DNA of 64,000 nucleotides from contig CAVZVA010000008.1 in the NCBI GenBank assembly GCA_963778655.1, forward strand, positions 1 through 64,000, read 5' to 3'. Origin of the DNA: an uncultured delta proteobacterium (GTDB taxonomy: Bacteria > Myxococcota_A > Polyangia > Polyangiales > JAFGIB01). The translations under genes were made by a program, and so were the position numbers. Below the pieces are notes generated by a model, which saw only the letters and a program-made list of their open reading frames with translations, searched no databases and was not told the DNA's origin. Shown one piece after another: positions 16,031 to 26,713 of the stretch (its first letter is position 1; each line of letters opens with the position of its first letter).

Positions 16031-18124
16031 TCATTCGAAATAGTCGAAGTCGTGCTCGCTGCGCAGCCGGTGTCGGATACGCAGCACGTGCGCGGGGCTC
16101 GCTTGGGGGTCGAGCTCCACGTAATTGCGGGCGGACGTCCACAGGAAGCGCGCGCCGGTCAGTAGATCGTGGGCCTGGTACGCGCCGCCCTGCGCGATCC
16201 CCAGACCGGCGAGGTCGAGCTCGATGAAGCCGCTCTGCACGTGATGGACGTCGAGGTTGACGACCACCACGATCACATTGTCGCCCGCGTGCTTGCTGTA
16301 GCAGAGCAGCATCTCGTTGTCGGTAGGATGGAAGAGCAGGCTGCGGTCGCCGTGCAGCGCCGGGTTGTCGCGGCGGATCGCGTTGAGCCGCGTCAGCAGG
16401 GGGCTCAGGCTGTCAGGTCGCTCGATGTTCCAGCGCTTGATCTCGTACTTCTCGTTGTCGCGGTATTCGCCCGAGTCGTCGCGCGCGGCCGACTCCATCA
16501 GCTCGAAGGCGGGGCCGTAGACGCCGTAGTTGCCGCCGAGCGTGGCGGCCAGGACGACGCGTGCGATGAACGCCGGCCGCCCGCCGTATTGCAGCTGCTC
16601 GGGCAGGATGTCGGGGGTGTTCGGCCACAGGCTCGGCCTGAAGTACTCGGCCAGCTCGGTCTGCGTCAGCTCGGTGAAGTACTCGGTCAGCTCGCGCTTG
16701 GTCGCGCGCCAAGTGAAGTAGGTGTACGACTGGCTGAAGCCCAGCTTGGCGAGCGCGTACATCAGCTTGGGCCGCGTGAACGCCTCGGCCAGGAAGATCA
16801 CGTGGGGGTGCTCGCGCTTGAGCTCGCGCAGGCAATGCTCCCAGAACGCCAGCGACTTGGTGTGCGGGTTGTCCACGCGGAAGATGGTGACGCCCTGCGC
16901 GATCCAGTGCTCGAAGATGCTCTGCAGCTCGCGCCACAACGCGGGCGCGTCTTGGCACTGGAAGTCGAAGGGATAGATGTCCTGGTACTTCTTGGGTGGG
17001 TTCTCCGCGTGCTGGATGCTGCCGTCGGGCCGGCGCACGAACCACTCGGGATGCTCGCGCACATAGGGATGGTCGGGCGAGACCTGCAGCGCGATGTCGA
17101 GCGCCACCGCGAGGCCGAGCTCGCGGGCACGCGCGACCAGCCAGCGAAAGTCCTCGAGCGTACCGAGCTCCGGGTGCACCTGCTTGTGGCCCCCCTCGGC
17201 CGCGCCGATCGCCCACGGGCTGCCCGGGTCGCCGGCGCGCGCGGTGGGGTGATTGTCCTTGCCCTTGCGGTAGCTGCGGCCGATCGGATGGATCGGCGGC
17301 AGGTACACCACGTCGAAGCCCATCGCGGCCGCGTAACGCAGGCGTCCCTCGCAGTCGCGCAGCCGTGCGTGGGCGCCGTCGTCGCGCGCCGAGCGCGGAA
17401 AGAACTCGTACCATGCGCCGAAGCCGGCACGCGCCGGCTCGACCACGACCTCGAAGACGCGCGCGGCGCGGCTGACGCGCGTGGGGTCGGGATGCTGCTC
17501 GGCCGCGGTGAGCAGCGCATCGTCGAGCACCGCGTCGAGCGCCGCTTGCAGGTCCCGATCGGCGGCCTCGAGCCGTGCGGCTGCTTCGACGAAGCGCGCG
17601 CGCTCGGCCGCCTCGACCCGCTCGCCGCACGCGCGCACGATGCTGGCGGCGTGGCGCAGCGACATCGCCACGTCGGCCTGGTCGCTGCCCTGCAGCCGTC
17701 GCCCGAGCTCGCGGCGGAAGCTGGCGAGCGCGTCGACCCAGCCCTCGACCGTGTACTGCCAGCGCCCCAGGCAATCGACCCGGAACGTGCCGAGGTAGCG
17801 ATCCTCGCCGACGAGCACGAGCGGTGCGCTCTGCCAGGCGTCGCGCTCGCCGTGCCGATACAAGACGCGGCCGGCGAGCACGTCGTGTGAATCGGCGACC
17901 AGATCGGCCTGCACCACGACCTCCTCGTCCAACAGGCGCTTGATGGGATAGCGGCCGCCCTCCACGCACGGCGTCACGCCGGCCACCACCACGCGGCGCG
18001 CGGCGACGCCCGCGATGGGCTCACCTTGCTCGCCTGGTGGCGTCCCAGCCGGAACGCCGCCGCGTGCTCTGGTTTCGTCCATATGGCCCGTGGACGACGA
18101 ATGCGAACCCCTGTCCGCCGTCAC
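16031..18124 (-). CDS. glgE: Alpha-1,4-glucan:maltose-1-phosphate maltosyltransferase
   Basis: [43 protein letters not shown]; start may be 18082. Confidence 0.96.
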   Translation of the reverse strand: MTADRGSHSSSTGHMDETRARGGVPAGTPPGEQGEPIAGVAARRVVVAGVTPCVEGGRYPIKRLLDEEVVVQADLVADSHDVLAGRVLYRHGERDAWQSAPLVLVGEDRYLGTFRVDCLGRWQYTVEGWVDALASFRRELGRRLQGSDQADVAMSLRHAASIVRACGERVEAAERARFVEAAARLEAADRDLQAALDAVLDDALLTAAEQHPDPTRVSRAARVFEVVVEPARAGFGAWYEFFPRSARDDGAHARLRDCEGRLRYAAAMGFDVVYLPPIHPIGRSYRKGKDNHPTARAGDPGSPWAIGAAEGGHKQVHPELGTLEDFRWLVARARELGLAVALDIALQVSPDHPYVREHPEWFVRRPDGSIQHAENPPKKYQDIYPFDFQCQDAPALWRELQSIFEHWIAQGVTIFRVDNPHTKSLAFWEHCLRELKREHPHVIFLAEAFTRPKLMYALAKLGFSQSYTYFTWRATKRELTEYFTELTQTELAEYFRPSLWPNTPDILPEQLQYGGRPAFIARVVLAATLGGNYGVYGPAFELMESAARDDSGEYRDNEKYEIKRWNIERPDSLSPLLTRLNAIRRDNPALHGDRSLLFHPTDNEMLLCYSKHAGDNVIVVVVNLDVHHVQSGFIELDLAGLGIAQGGAYQAHDLLTGARFLWTSARNYVELDPQASPAHVLRIRHRLRSEHDFDYFE

Positions 18125-18206
18125 GATCGGATTACACTATGAGCCCGGAAGCGCAAGCTCCGCGGCAGGCGGCGCGTGTTTTTTTTCCGCGCGCGACGCT
18201 GCGCGC

Positions 18207-20069
18207 TCAGTGTGACTCGAGCGCCGCCGCCAGGTCGGGTCGCAGGCGCCGCGCCCGCAGCGCCTGCGCGAGCGCTGCCAACGGGTCGAGCGCACGTTGC
18301 TCGCGCACACGCGCGGCGTGCGCCTGGGCGAAGTCCGCGGGCAGGCGCAAGCTCCAGTTGTCGGGATGGACGACCCCGGCTCGGTTGAACGGCTCGCGCT
18401 CGCCGAACAGGTCGGTGAAGTAGATCGACACCTGCTCGGCGTCGCTGACGAACAGGTCCGCCAGATGGGCTTGGGCCAGCGCGAATGGCGAGCTGCAATA
18501 CTCGGCCGCGGCGCGCGCGCGCGCCGCCGCGTCCGGCACCAGCCGCGCCGCGAGGTAGGCGGCGCGCGCCTGCAAGCTGCCGTCCCTGTGCCAGCGCTCG
18601 ATCACATCGAAAATCGGCGCTGTGTCGTGATTGCCGAGCATCACCCAGTCTGCGGGCTCGGCCCGGTCGGTGCGATACACGTCGTGCGGGTTCTCGGGGT
18701 CGGCCTTCTGGGTGACGCGGAAGCGCCCCAGGCCGTGACGCGCCAGCACCTCGCGCAATGGTCGCGGACAGGTGCTCAGCACCTCGACCGCGACGCGACG
18801 CACGCCGAGGCCGCGGGCGCGCGCCGTCTCCAGCACTTCCTCGATCAGGCGCGCGTAGCGGCTCACCTGCGCCGGGTCGTGCTCGCGCACCCAGCCGTCG
18901 TCGAAGCGGCTGGGCGCGTCCGGGTCGAGGTCCGCGGCGCGCGCGATCGCCCAGCGCTGCAGGTCGGTGTCCGGCAGATCGGGCGACTCGAACGCGCGCG
19001 TGCCCTCGCGCACCGCGCGCTGCGGGTCGGCTGCGTCGGCCGGGTAGATCCACGGGCACACCAGGCCGTGCGGGTGATCGATGCGGATCCCGTCGTGCAC
19101 CGAGAACAGCTCTTCGAGCTGCAGCGCGAACAGCCTGCGCGCGGGACTCTGCGCGTCGTCGAGCTGGTCGGGGTCGAGCAGCGGGTAGCCCCAGGGCTGA
19201 CCCTCGGGATTGGTGCGGCTCGGCGGCGCGCCCAGCAGAAAGCGCTGGCAGAACAGCTCCGGGCGCAGCAAGCGGTCGCGCGCCGACCAGCCGATCTGCA
19301 GGTCGCCCAGCAGCGTGAAGCCTTGCGCGCGGGCCTGTGCGCGCAAGCGTTCGGCCTGCAGAAAGGCCAGCAGCTGGCCCAGCTCCGCGCGTTCGATCGG
19401 CTCGGCCAGCGTGACCGCCAGCGCCGCGCGCCGCGCCTCGCCCGCGGCGCCGCCCTCGAACAGCGCCAGCACCGCCGGGTCGAAGCGTGCCGGATCGTCG
19501 TGGCCCAGGCGCGCGGCCAGCGCCTCGAACGGCGCGTCCAGCGCGAGCCAGGGCCGCGCCCGTAGCCGAAAGCGGGCGAGCTCTGCGAGCAGCGGGTGCT
19601 CGGGTTGCTGCGCGCGCAGGCGCGCGAGGCGGGCATAAGCAAGATCGAGCGCGCGTGCGACGGCGCGCCGCGCCCGCGCGGGGTCGCTGCGCCCGCCGCG
19701 CGCCTGCTCCGCCGCCGGCGGCTCCGCGGCCAGTAGCGCGGAAAGCTCGGCGGGCTCGAGCAGCGCCTCGGGCCCGCGCGCGAGCGCGTCGAGGTCGAGA
19801 CTGCGCAGACCGCGTGCGAACACCGTGCCGTCGTACGGCGACGGGTTGAGGTCGGTGACCTGCCCGCCCGGCCCGAGCTGCAGCGCGTTGAAGCCGAGCG
19901 GCCGCAGGAACCGCAGCAGCGCCTCGCCGGTGGCGTGCGGCGACCCGTAGCCGACGTCCGCCGCGCCCGGCGGAAACGCGCTGGCGTGAACGCCGAAGGC
20001 AAGACACCGCACGCCGAGCGTTTCCAGCGCCTCGGCGGCAGCGCGCTCAGCTCGAAGCTCTGGAGACAC
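18207..20069 (-). CDS. malQ: 4-alpha-glucanotransferase (GH77, divergent)
   Basis: SPY, GDL, GAPP, GQPWGYP, RIDH, NHD motifs; glucan cluster context. Confidence 0.8.
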   Translation of the reverse strand: MSPELRAERAAAEALETLGVRCLAFGVHASAFPPGAADVGYGSPHATGEALLRFLRPLGFNALQLGPGGQVTDLNPSPYDGTVFARGLRSLDLDALARGPEALLEPAELSALLAAEPPAAEQARGGRSDPARARRAVARALDLAYARLARLRAQQPEHPLLAELARFRLRARPWLALDAPFEALAARLGHDDPARFDPAVLALFEGGAAGEARRAALAVTLAEPIERAELGQLLAFLQAERLRAQARAQGFTLLGDLQIGWSARDRLLRPELFCQRFLLGAPPSRTNPEGQPWGYPLLDPDQLDDAQSPARRLFALQLEELFSVHDGIRIDHPHGLVCPWIYPADAADPQRAVREGTRAFESPDLPDTDLQRWAIARAADLDPDAPSRFDDGWVREHDPAQVSRYARLIEEVLETARARGLGVRRVAVEVLSTCPRPLREVLARHGLGRFRVTQKADPENPHDVYRTDRAEPADWVMLGNHDTAPIFDVIERWHRDGSLQARAAYLAARLVPDAAARARAAAEYCSSPFALAQAHLADLFVSDAEQVSIYFTDLFGEREPFNRAGVVHPDNWSLRLPADFAQAHAARVREQRALDPLAALAQALRARRLRPDLAAALESH

Positions 20070-20183
20070 AGTCGCGCAGCCTCACTGTCGCCCCGAGCAT
20101 AGCAGACGCAAACCCGTCTACGACCGCTATGGCGATCACGACCACGCGCTCGCAGTCGTAGCGGTCGCGCGCTTCCCGTTGAG

Positions 20184-21047
20184 CTACGGTCCGGCCTGAG
20201 CAGCCGCCAGGGGGTTGGGCGGCGGCGCGGCCGCCATGGCTTGCGCGCGTAGCGCGAGCGAGGTCTGCGCTGCGATTTCCTTGATCAGCTCGGCGTGCTC
20301 GCGCGGCATGCCTCTGGGCACGTAACCCGAGAGTCGAGGATCCTCGTTGGTGATGGTCGCGTACAGCACGCAGGCCGCCAGAAACGAGCCCGCCAGCGTG
20401 GGATGCGAGCCGTCCGGTCCCCACAGTCTGAGATCGGGATCGTTCGCCAGGGCGCGCTCGAAGGCGCTGCCCACGGGCGCCAGCTCCGCTCCGGTGTGCT
20501 GTGCCAGCTGCGTGTAGGTGGCGTCGACCCGCGCCGCCATCTCGCCGAAGGAGTGCACCAGCGGATGCTTGCGATACAAGCGCGCCGAGGGATGACGCGC
20601 CCAGGTCTCGTACAGCACCGTGCGCCCGTGGGTGGCGTCGATCACCCGCTTGAAGCGCTCCGCGTCTTTGGCCAGCTCCGCGGGGTGGTCGATCGCGCTC
20701 AGGCTGTGGCCCTGCAGCACGACGTAGCCGTAGTGGCCGCTGCGGATGCGCGCCATCGCTTCGCCTGCCCGCAGGTGGGTGCGCAGCGAATAGCCGTTGC
20801 GCGCTTCGGCATCCACGTGCAGCCGCACGCCGCCCTGAACGCCCGCCGACAGCCGCTGCAGCAGGTGCGGTAGCACGTTGAAGCGCGTGTAGCTGTTGCC
20901 CACGATCAGCACGCGCAGCGGATGCTCCGCGCGCATGCCTGCCGAGCTGGCGGAGGTCGTCGAGCCCGACAGCGTCCACACGAGCACGCCGCACAGACCG
21001 AGGGCGCGAAGCGCAAGGCGGGGGAGGCGAGGGCGAGGCCGAGACAT
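20184..21047 (-). CDS. Secreted SGNH/GDSL-like hydrolase
   Basis: Signal-like N-terminus, VGNSYT block, VVLQG, DGSHP. Confidence 0.75.
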   Translation of the reverse strand: MSRPRPRLPRLALRALGLCGVLVWTLSGSTTSASSAGMRAEHPLRVLIVGNSYTRFNVLPHLLQRLSAGVQGGVRLHVDAEARNGYSLRTHLRAGEAMARIRSGHYGYVVLQGHSLSAIDHPAELAKDAERFKRVIDATHGRTVLYETWARHPSARLYRKHPLVHSFGEMAARVDATYTQLAQHTGAELAPVGSAFERALANDPDLRLWGPDGSHPTLAGSFLAACVLYATITNEDPRLSGYVPRGMPREHAELIKEIAAQTSLALRAQAMAAAPPPNPLAAAQAGP

Positions 21048-21176
21048 GGCTTGCTCCCGAGCATAGCGCGTCCGGGCACGCCCGCGTAGGCGCGCGTTCG
21101 CCACGGCGGAGGGCACGTCGGGGCATTGACTACATCATGGCCAAGCGCTCCGGAAGCGTGACAAAATGATGGGCAC

Positions 21177-22541
21177 ATGTCGCAAACGCCCCCCGACCTG
21201 CTTGGCCGATTGGCGGTGCACTACAAGCTGATCAACATGGAGCAGCTCGCTGCGGCGACTCAGCAACAAGGACGGACGCCGAGCAAGAAGCTCGGGGCGA
21301 TTCTGGTCGAGCTCGGTTTCATCAATCCGACGCAGCTCGCGCAGTTGGTCGAGGCGCAACGGCAGTACCTGGCGCAGCAGGCCCAGCACGCGCCGCAAGC
21401 GCTTCGCGATGCGCAGAGCGCGGTGGCGCGGCCCGCGCCCCCGCCGCGCCCCCAGCCGCCGCCGCCCCGGCGGCGCGACGGCGAGAGCCCTGTGCGCGTG
21501 CAATGGTTGCACCGGGTGTTGCAGAGCGCGACCAGCATGGACGCCAGCGACGTACACATTCATTCCGGCACCCCGATCAAGGTGCGGGTCTTCGGCAACC
21601 TGGTGGATCTCACGCCCGAGCTGCTGCTGGCCAAGGACGCCGACGCGGTCCTGGCGGCGGCCATGAGCGACCATCAGCGCGAGCAGTTCGTATCCGAAGG
21701 CGAGGTCGACTTCACCTACGCGGTGCCCAACGTCGGGCGCTTCCGCGTCAACTTCTACCAGCAGCACAGCGGGCCCTGCGGGGTGTTCCACTACATCCCG
21801 GCCGAGCCGCCGCTGCTGAGCGATCTGGGGCTGCCCAATGCGGTCTCGCGCCTGGTCAGCCACCAGAACGGCATCGTGCTCATCACCGGGCCCGCGGGCA
21901 GCGGCAAGACCTCGACCATGGCAGCGCTGATCAACCTGATAAACGAGGACCGCGCCGACCACATCCTCTCGATCGAGGATCCGATCGAGTATAGGCACGT
22001 CTCGAAACGCTGCGTGGTGAACCAGCGCGAGGTCAATCGCCACACGCGCTCGTTCGCCGCGGCGTTGCGCTCGGCCCTGCGCGAGGATCCGGACGTGATC
22101 TGCATCGGCGAGCTGCGCGATCTGGAGACGATTTCGCTCGCGCTCTCCGCGGCCGAGACCGGCCACCTCGTGCTGGGGACGCTGCACACCCAGGGCTCGA
22201 TGCGCACGATCAACCGCGTGATCGGTGCCTATCCGCCGGCGCAGCAACCGCAGGTGCGTACCATGCTCTCCGAATCGCTGCGAGCCATCATCAGCCAGAA
22301 GCTGGTCCCGCGTGCGGACCGCTCGGGCATGGCACTGGCATTCGAGCTGCTGCTGGTCAACGTGGCCACGGCCAACCTGATCCGCGAGAATCGTACATAC
22401 CAGCTCAGCTCCGTGTTGCAGACCGGCCGCAGCAAGGGCATGCGCTCGCTCGACGACTCGCTGCTCGAGCTGGTGCAAAAGGGCGTCATCACCAAGAAAG
22501 AGGCCGCCTTGCACGCCGAGGACGCTCGGCCGTTCAAATAG
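21177..22541 (+). CDS. pilT: PilT/PilU-family pilus retraction ATPase with N-terminal MshEN-like domain
   Basis: GPAGSGKT, EDPIE, LREDPDVICIGELRD, AETGHLVLGTLHT, NLIRE; about 100 aa N-terminal extension. Confidence 0.9.
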   Translation: MSQTPPDLLGRLAVHYKLINMEQLAAATQQQGRTPSKKLGAILVELGFINPTQLAQLVEAQRQYLAQQAQHAPQALRDAQSAVARPAPPPRPQPPPPRRRDGESPVRVQWLHRVLQSATSMDASDVHIHSGTPIKVRVFGNLVDLTPELLLAKDADAVLAAAMSDHQREQFVSEGEVDFTYAVPNVGRFRVNFYQQHSGPCGVFHYIPAEPPLLSDLGLPNAVSRLVSHQNGIVLITGPAGSGKTSTMAALINLINEDRADHILSIEDPIEYRHVSKRCVVNQREVNRHTRSFAAALRSALREDPDVICIGELRDLETISLALSAAETGHLVLGTLHTQGSMRTINRVIGAYPPAQQPQVRTMLSESLRAIISQKLVPRADRSGMALAFELLLVNVATANLIRENRTYQLSSVLQTGRSKGMRSLDDSLLELVQKGVITKKEAALHAEDARPFK

Positions 22542-22554
22542 GTGAGCTTTCGCC

Positions 22555-23628
22555 ATGGCCCGCATTGACGCGTTCCTCAAGCACATCAAGAACAACCGCG
22601 GCTCCGATCTGCACCTGGTCGCCGGCGTCGAGCCGCGCATGCGCGCCCACGGCTCGCTCGAGGTGATCGAAGGCGCGGGCGCGATCGGTGACCCCGAGCT
22701 GCGAGCGATGCTGCACGAGATCACCACCGAAGCGCAGTGGCTCCACTACGAAGAGGAGCTCGAGATCGACTTCGCCTACGGTATTGCAGGCGTCGGCCGC
22801 TTCCGGGCCAACTACTTCAACCAGGCGAGCGGGGCGGCGGCGGTCTTCCGGCTGATCCCGGAGCAGGTGGCGACGCTCAAGGAGCTCAGCATGCCGGTGG
22901 CGGTCGAACGCTTCGCGCACCTGCGCAGCGGGCTCGTGCTGGTGACCGGCCCGACCGGCGCAGGCAAGTCCACCACGCTGGCGGCGATCATCGACCTGAT
23001 CAACGAGACCTACGACAAGCACATCATCACGATCGAGGACCCGATCGAGTTCGTGCACAAGAACAAGCTTTCGACCATCTCGCAGCGAGAGGTCGGCACG
23101 CACACCAAGAGCTTCGAGACGGCGCTGCGGGCGGCGATGCGCGAAAACCCGGACGTGATCCTGGTCGGCGAGTTGCGCGGGCGTGAGGTTGAGCTGGCGA
23201 TCACGGGCGCCGAGATGGGTGCGCTGGTGTTCGGCACGCTCCACACCAACAGCGCCACCAAGACCATCGATCGCCTGATCGACATCTTCCCGACCGATCA
23301 GCAGGAGCAGATTCGCATCAGCCTGGCCGAAGCCCTCGCCGGCGTGGTTTCGCAGATCCTGATCCCGACCGCCGACGGGAAGTCGCGTGTGTCTGCGGTC
23401 GAGATCCTGGTCAAGACCAGCGCGCTGCCGAACCTGATCCGCGAGTCCAACACCACCCAGCTGCTGACGGTCATCCAGGGCGGCAAGCAACACGGCATGC
23501 AGACCATGGACGAGGCGCTCGAAGCGCTGCTCAAGGCGGGCAAGGTCCGTCCCAAGGACGCCTACCAGCGCGCCGCGGACAAGGCCCACTTCGAGCGGCT
23601 GCTCAACGTGCCGGTGGACGCGCTGTGA
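22555..23628 (+). CDS. pilT: PilT/PilU-family pilus retraction ATPase
   Basis: SDLHL, GPTGAGKST, EDPIEF, RENPDVILVGELR, GTLHT, NLIRE, GMQTMD. Confidence 0.92.
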   Translation: MARIDAFLKHIKNNRGSDLHLVAGVEPRMRAHGSLEVIEGAGAIGDPELRAMLHEITTEAQWLHYEEELEIDFAYGIAGVGRFRANYFNQASGAAAVFRLIPEQVATLKELSMPVAVERFAHLRSGLVLVTGPTGAGKSTTLAAIIDLINETYDKHIITIEDPIEFVHKNKLSTISQREVGTHTKSFETALRAAMRENPDVILVGELRGREVELAITGAEMGALVFGTLHTNSATKTIDRLIDIFPTDQQEQIRISLAEALAGVVSQILIPTADGKSRVSAVEILVKTSALPNLIRESNTTQLLTVIQGGKQHGMQTMDEALEALLKAGKVRPKDAYQRAADKAHFERLLNVPVDAL

Positions 23629-23843
23629 GCCGGCCGCAGCCCCGCGGAGAGCCGGATCGGGGCGCTGCGGGAACTGTTCCGTATCGGCGTCTGCGAGGAG
23701 ACTACAGGCGAGCGCGCGCTCACCCTCACGCGGGGCTCGGCTCGTCGGGTAGGTCGAATTCTGATACAGATATTTAGAGCGTGGGTGGCGCGCCTGAACC
23801 CCCTAATGTCGCGGGATTCGGGCGCCTGATCGAGGAGGTTGCG

Positions 23844-24989
23844 ATGCGCAACATGGGACGTGCGGCAGCGGGATTTTGCGTGCTAGCAGTGTGTGCGCTC
23901 GGCTGCTCATCGAGCAAGACCAAGGGCGGCGGCGGGAGCGCCGGCAGCAACCCGTTCGGCAACGTGACCACGACCAGCGGCGGCGGCGGCACCGGTAGCG
24001 GGGCCGGAGCCGGCACTGGGAACGGCGCGACCGGCGTGCCCGGCGCCGGGGGCTGCGCGCGGGGCACGGCGCACGCCAGCCGCGTGATTCCGCGCGTGGT
24101 GCTGCTGGTCGACGGCTCCTGCAGCATGTCGAGCGACTACCCGTCGAGCGGTCGCGATGCGACCTCGTGCCAGGCGAACCCCAACGGCCGCTGGGCAGCC
24201 ATCCGCAAGGCGCTGATCGATCCGCAGACCGGCGTGGTGACGCAGCTTCAGGGCGTGGTCGAGTTCGGCCTGGCGGTGTTCGGGACGCAGCCGACCTGTC
24301 CGATTCCGAACAACCCGGTTCCGCTCGCGCTCAACAACCTGCAGGCGATCCAAGCCTCGCTGCCCGACGTGCAGCCCGGCATGTTCACGCCGACCGGGCC
24401 CGCGCTCGACTGGGTCTACACCAACATGTTCGATCTCAGCGCCACGCCCGACCAACAGGTGGGGCCCCAGCTGCTGGTGCTCGCCACCGACGGCGAGCCC
24501 AACGACTGCACGCTGATGGGGGGATTCGGAGGAGGCTCGACCAATTTCCAACCGTCGATCGATGCGGTCACCAAAGGCATCGGCATGGGCATCCGTACCT
24601 CGGTCATCAGTCTCGCCGCCAGCAACGGCCAGTTCCACGACTTCCTGCAGCAACTGGCCAACATCGGCGCGGCCGTGCCGCAGGGCGGCATGAACGCTCC
24701 ACTCTACGAGCCCACGACGCCCGATGAGCTGGCCGCGGACCTGCAGCTGCTGATCGGCGGCGCGGTGGGCTGCGACGTCGCGCTCAACGGATCGGTGGTG
24801 ATGGGCCGCGAGTGCGAGGGCACCGTGACCATCAACGGCAACAAGATTCCGTGCGATTCGCCCGACGGCTGGATCCTGCCCGACCCGCGCCACATCCGCC
24901 TGCAAGGCAGCGCCTGCGACACGCTCAAGAGCAGCCCCGACGCGCTGCTCGACGCGAGCTTCCCTTGCGGCGTGTTCGCGGTGCAGTGA
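23844..24989 (+). CDS. VWA-domain lipoprotein (CglB-like)
   Basis: RBS GAGGAGG, lipobox ALGC, Gly-rich linker, MIDAS DGSCSM/TPT/TDGEP, Cys-rich C-terminus. Confidence 0.8.
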   Translation: MRNMGRAAAGFCVLAVCALGCSSSKTKGGGGSAGSNPFGNVTTTSGGGGTGSGAGAGTGNGATGVPGAGGCARGTAHASRVIPRVVLLVDGSCSMSSDYPSSGRDATSCQANPNGRWAAIRKALIDPQTGVVTQLQGVVEFGLAVFGTQPTCPIPNNPVPLALNNLQAIQASLPDVQPGMFTPTGPALDWVYTNMFDLSATPDQQVGPQLLVLATDGEPNDCTLMGGFGGGSTNFQPSIDAVTKGIGMGIRTSVISLAASNGQFHDFLQQLANIGAAVPQGGMNAPLYEPTTPDELAADLQLLIGGAVGCDVALNGSVVMGRECEGTVTINGNKIPCDSPDGWILPDPRHIRLQGSACDTLKSSPDALLDASFPCGVFAVQ

Positions 24990-25073
24990 AGCCGGGGCAG
25001 CGCGTTCAGGGTCCTCTGGCAAGTCAGCCAGTCGGGCTCCGACAGCATCGAGCTCGTGCCCTGAGCCCGGCCT

Positions 25074-26312
25074 TCAGCCCAGTCCGCGCCGTTCGGTCGC
25101 GGCGCTAACGCGCTCGACCGCGAGCACGAATGCGGCGGTTCGCATGTCGCAGCCGTGCCTCTGCATGCTCGAGCGAATGTCCGCGTGCGCACGCACCATC
25201 GTGCGTTCCAGACGCCGGTTGACCTCTTCCTCCTCCCACCTGAGCTGCTGCGTGTTCTGGGTCCACTCGAAGTAGCTCACGGTCACCCCGCCCGCGTTGG
25301 CCCAGATGTCCGGAACCACCGTAATGCCGCGCTCCGCGAGCACGCGATCGCCGTCGATGGTGCACGGCCCGTTGGCGGCTTCCAGCACGTACCTCGCGCG
25401 CACCGCGCGCGCGCGCTCCGCCGTCAGCACGTGACCCAGGGCGGCGGGAGCAAGCACGTCGCAGTCGACCCCGAAGATGGCGTCGCCATCGAGCGGCTCG
25501 CCGCCCGCAAAGCCGCGCACGCCGCGGGTCTCGCGGACGTGGAGCGCGAGCGCGGGTATGTCCAGGCCCTCCGCGCGGAACACCCCCCCGGCGATGTCGC
25601 TGACCGCGACCACCTTCGCCCCTTGCTCCGCGGCCAGCCGCGCCAGCCACGAACCGACGTTGCCGAAGCCCTGAATCGCCAGCCGGGTGCCGGCCAGCTG
25701 CTTTCCGTCCGCCTTCAGCACTTCGCGAATGGCGATCAGACAGCCGCGGCCGGTGGCCTGCTCGCGGCCGAGCGAGCCGTGCAGGTCCACGGGCTTGCCG
25801 GTGACCACCGCCGGCTCGAACCCGTAGCGCTTGCTGTACTCGTCGAAGATCCAGGCCATCACCTCGCCGGTCGTGTTGACGTCGGGTGCGGGGATGTCGG
25901 TGCGCGGCCCGATGAACACGCCAATCGTCTCCACGAAGCGCCGCGTCAGGCGTTCGAGCTCCCAATGGGTGAGCTCGGCCGGGTCGCACTGAATGCCGCC
26001 CTTTGCGCCGCCAAACGGCACGTCGACCACGGCGGTCTTCCAGGTCATCAGGCTGGCCAGGGAGCGCACCTCGTCGATGTCGACTTGCGGGTGAAAGCGC
26101 AAGCCGCCCTTGAAGGGCCCGCGGCTGTCGTCGTGCTGCACGCGGTAGCCGATGAAGTGCCCCACTGACAGGTCGTCGCGCCGGATCACCAGCTCGACGC
26201 GGATCTCGCGGGCCGGTACCTTCAGCACGCGCTCGTGGAGCGGCTCGATGTGCAGCAGGTCGAACGCCCGCTGCAGGAAGGCGTTGGTCGTATCGAACGC
26301 GGTCTCGGTCAC
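25074..26312 (-). CDS. gdhA: Glu/Leu/Phe/Val dehydrogenase (glutamate dehydrogenase)
   Basis: GPFKGGLRF, GGAKGG, DIPAPD, QGFGNVG, NAGGVTVSYFEW. Confidence 0.92.
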   Translation of the reverse strand: MTETAFDTTNAFLQRAFDLLHIEPLHERVLKVPAREIRVELVIRRDDLSVGHFIGYRVQHDDSRGPFKGGLRFHPQVDIDEVRSLASLMTWKTAVVDVPFGGAKGGIQCDPAELTHWELERLTRRFVETIGVFIGPRTDIPAPDVNTTGEVMAWIFDEYSKRYGFEPAVVTGKPVDLHGSLGREQATGRGCLIAIREVLKADGKQLAGTRLAIQGFGNVGSWLARLAAEQGAKVVAVSDIAGGVFRAEGLDIPALALHVRETRGVRGFAGGEPLDGDAIFGVDCDVLAPAALGHVLTAERARAVRARYVLEAANGPCTIDGDRVLAERGITVVPDIWANAGGVTVSYFEWTQNTQQLRWEEEEVNRRLERTMVRAHADIRSSMQRHGCDMRTAAFVLAVERVSAATERRGLG

Positions 26313-26589
26313 GGCTACCTCCGGCGTTGCCGCCCATACTGCACGTGCGGGCCCCGCGGCGCCACCTGGTGCTCTGACCGGGCCCTTCTTATTAGACCTC
26401 GCGCCCGATCCGAGGCCGCCCGAGGCGCCGCTTTCCCCGAAACGGGGGCTACCCTGGCTTCGTCAACCTACGCTCCCCTCGACATCGCCTCAGACACGTG
26501 CAAGTCCGGCACGTCGCCGAACGCCGAGCCGAGCAACACGCGGGTCTGTCCGAGCTCGCTGTTGGCGGCGCGAAGGGCAAGGCTCGACG

Positions 26590-26703
26590 CGCGCCGAGAC
26601 TGCGCTCGGCGACCACGCCAGCGCCTGCGCGCGGCTGGAGCGCACGATCGCCGATCGCGAGGCCGCGCGCATCGAAGGCGTGGTGATGGGCTGGGTCTAC
26701 GAT
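26590..26703 (+). pseudogene. Fragment resembling the C-terminal helical region of the kinase-ATPase-TPR family
   Basis: RAETALGDHASACARLERTIADREAARIEGVVMGWVYD resembles VEARMGDAEGAARRIDATI...GIIAALPHE in 58634-62713. Confidence 0.5.
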
Positions 26704-26713
26704 CGGTTCCAAT

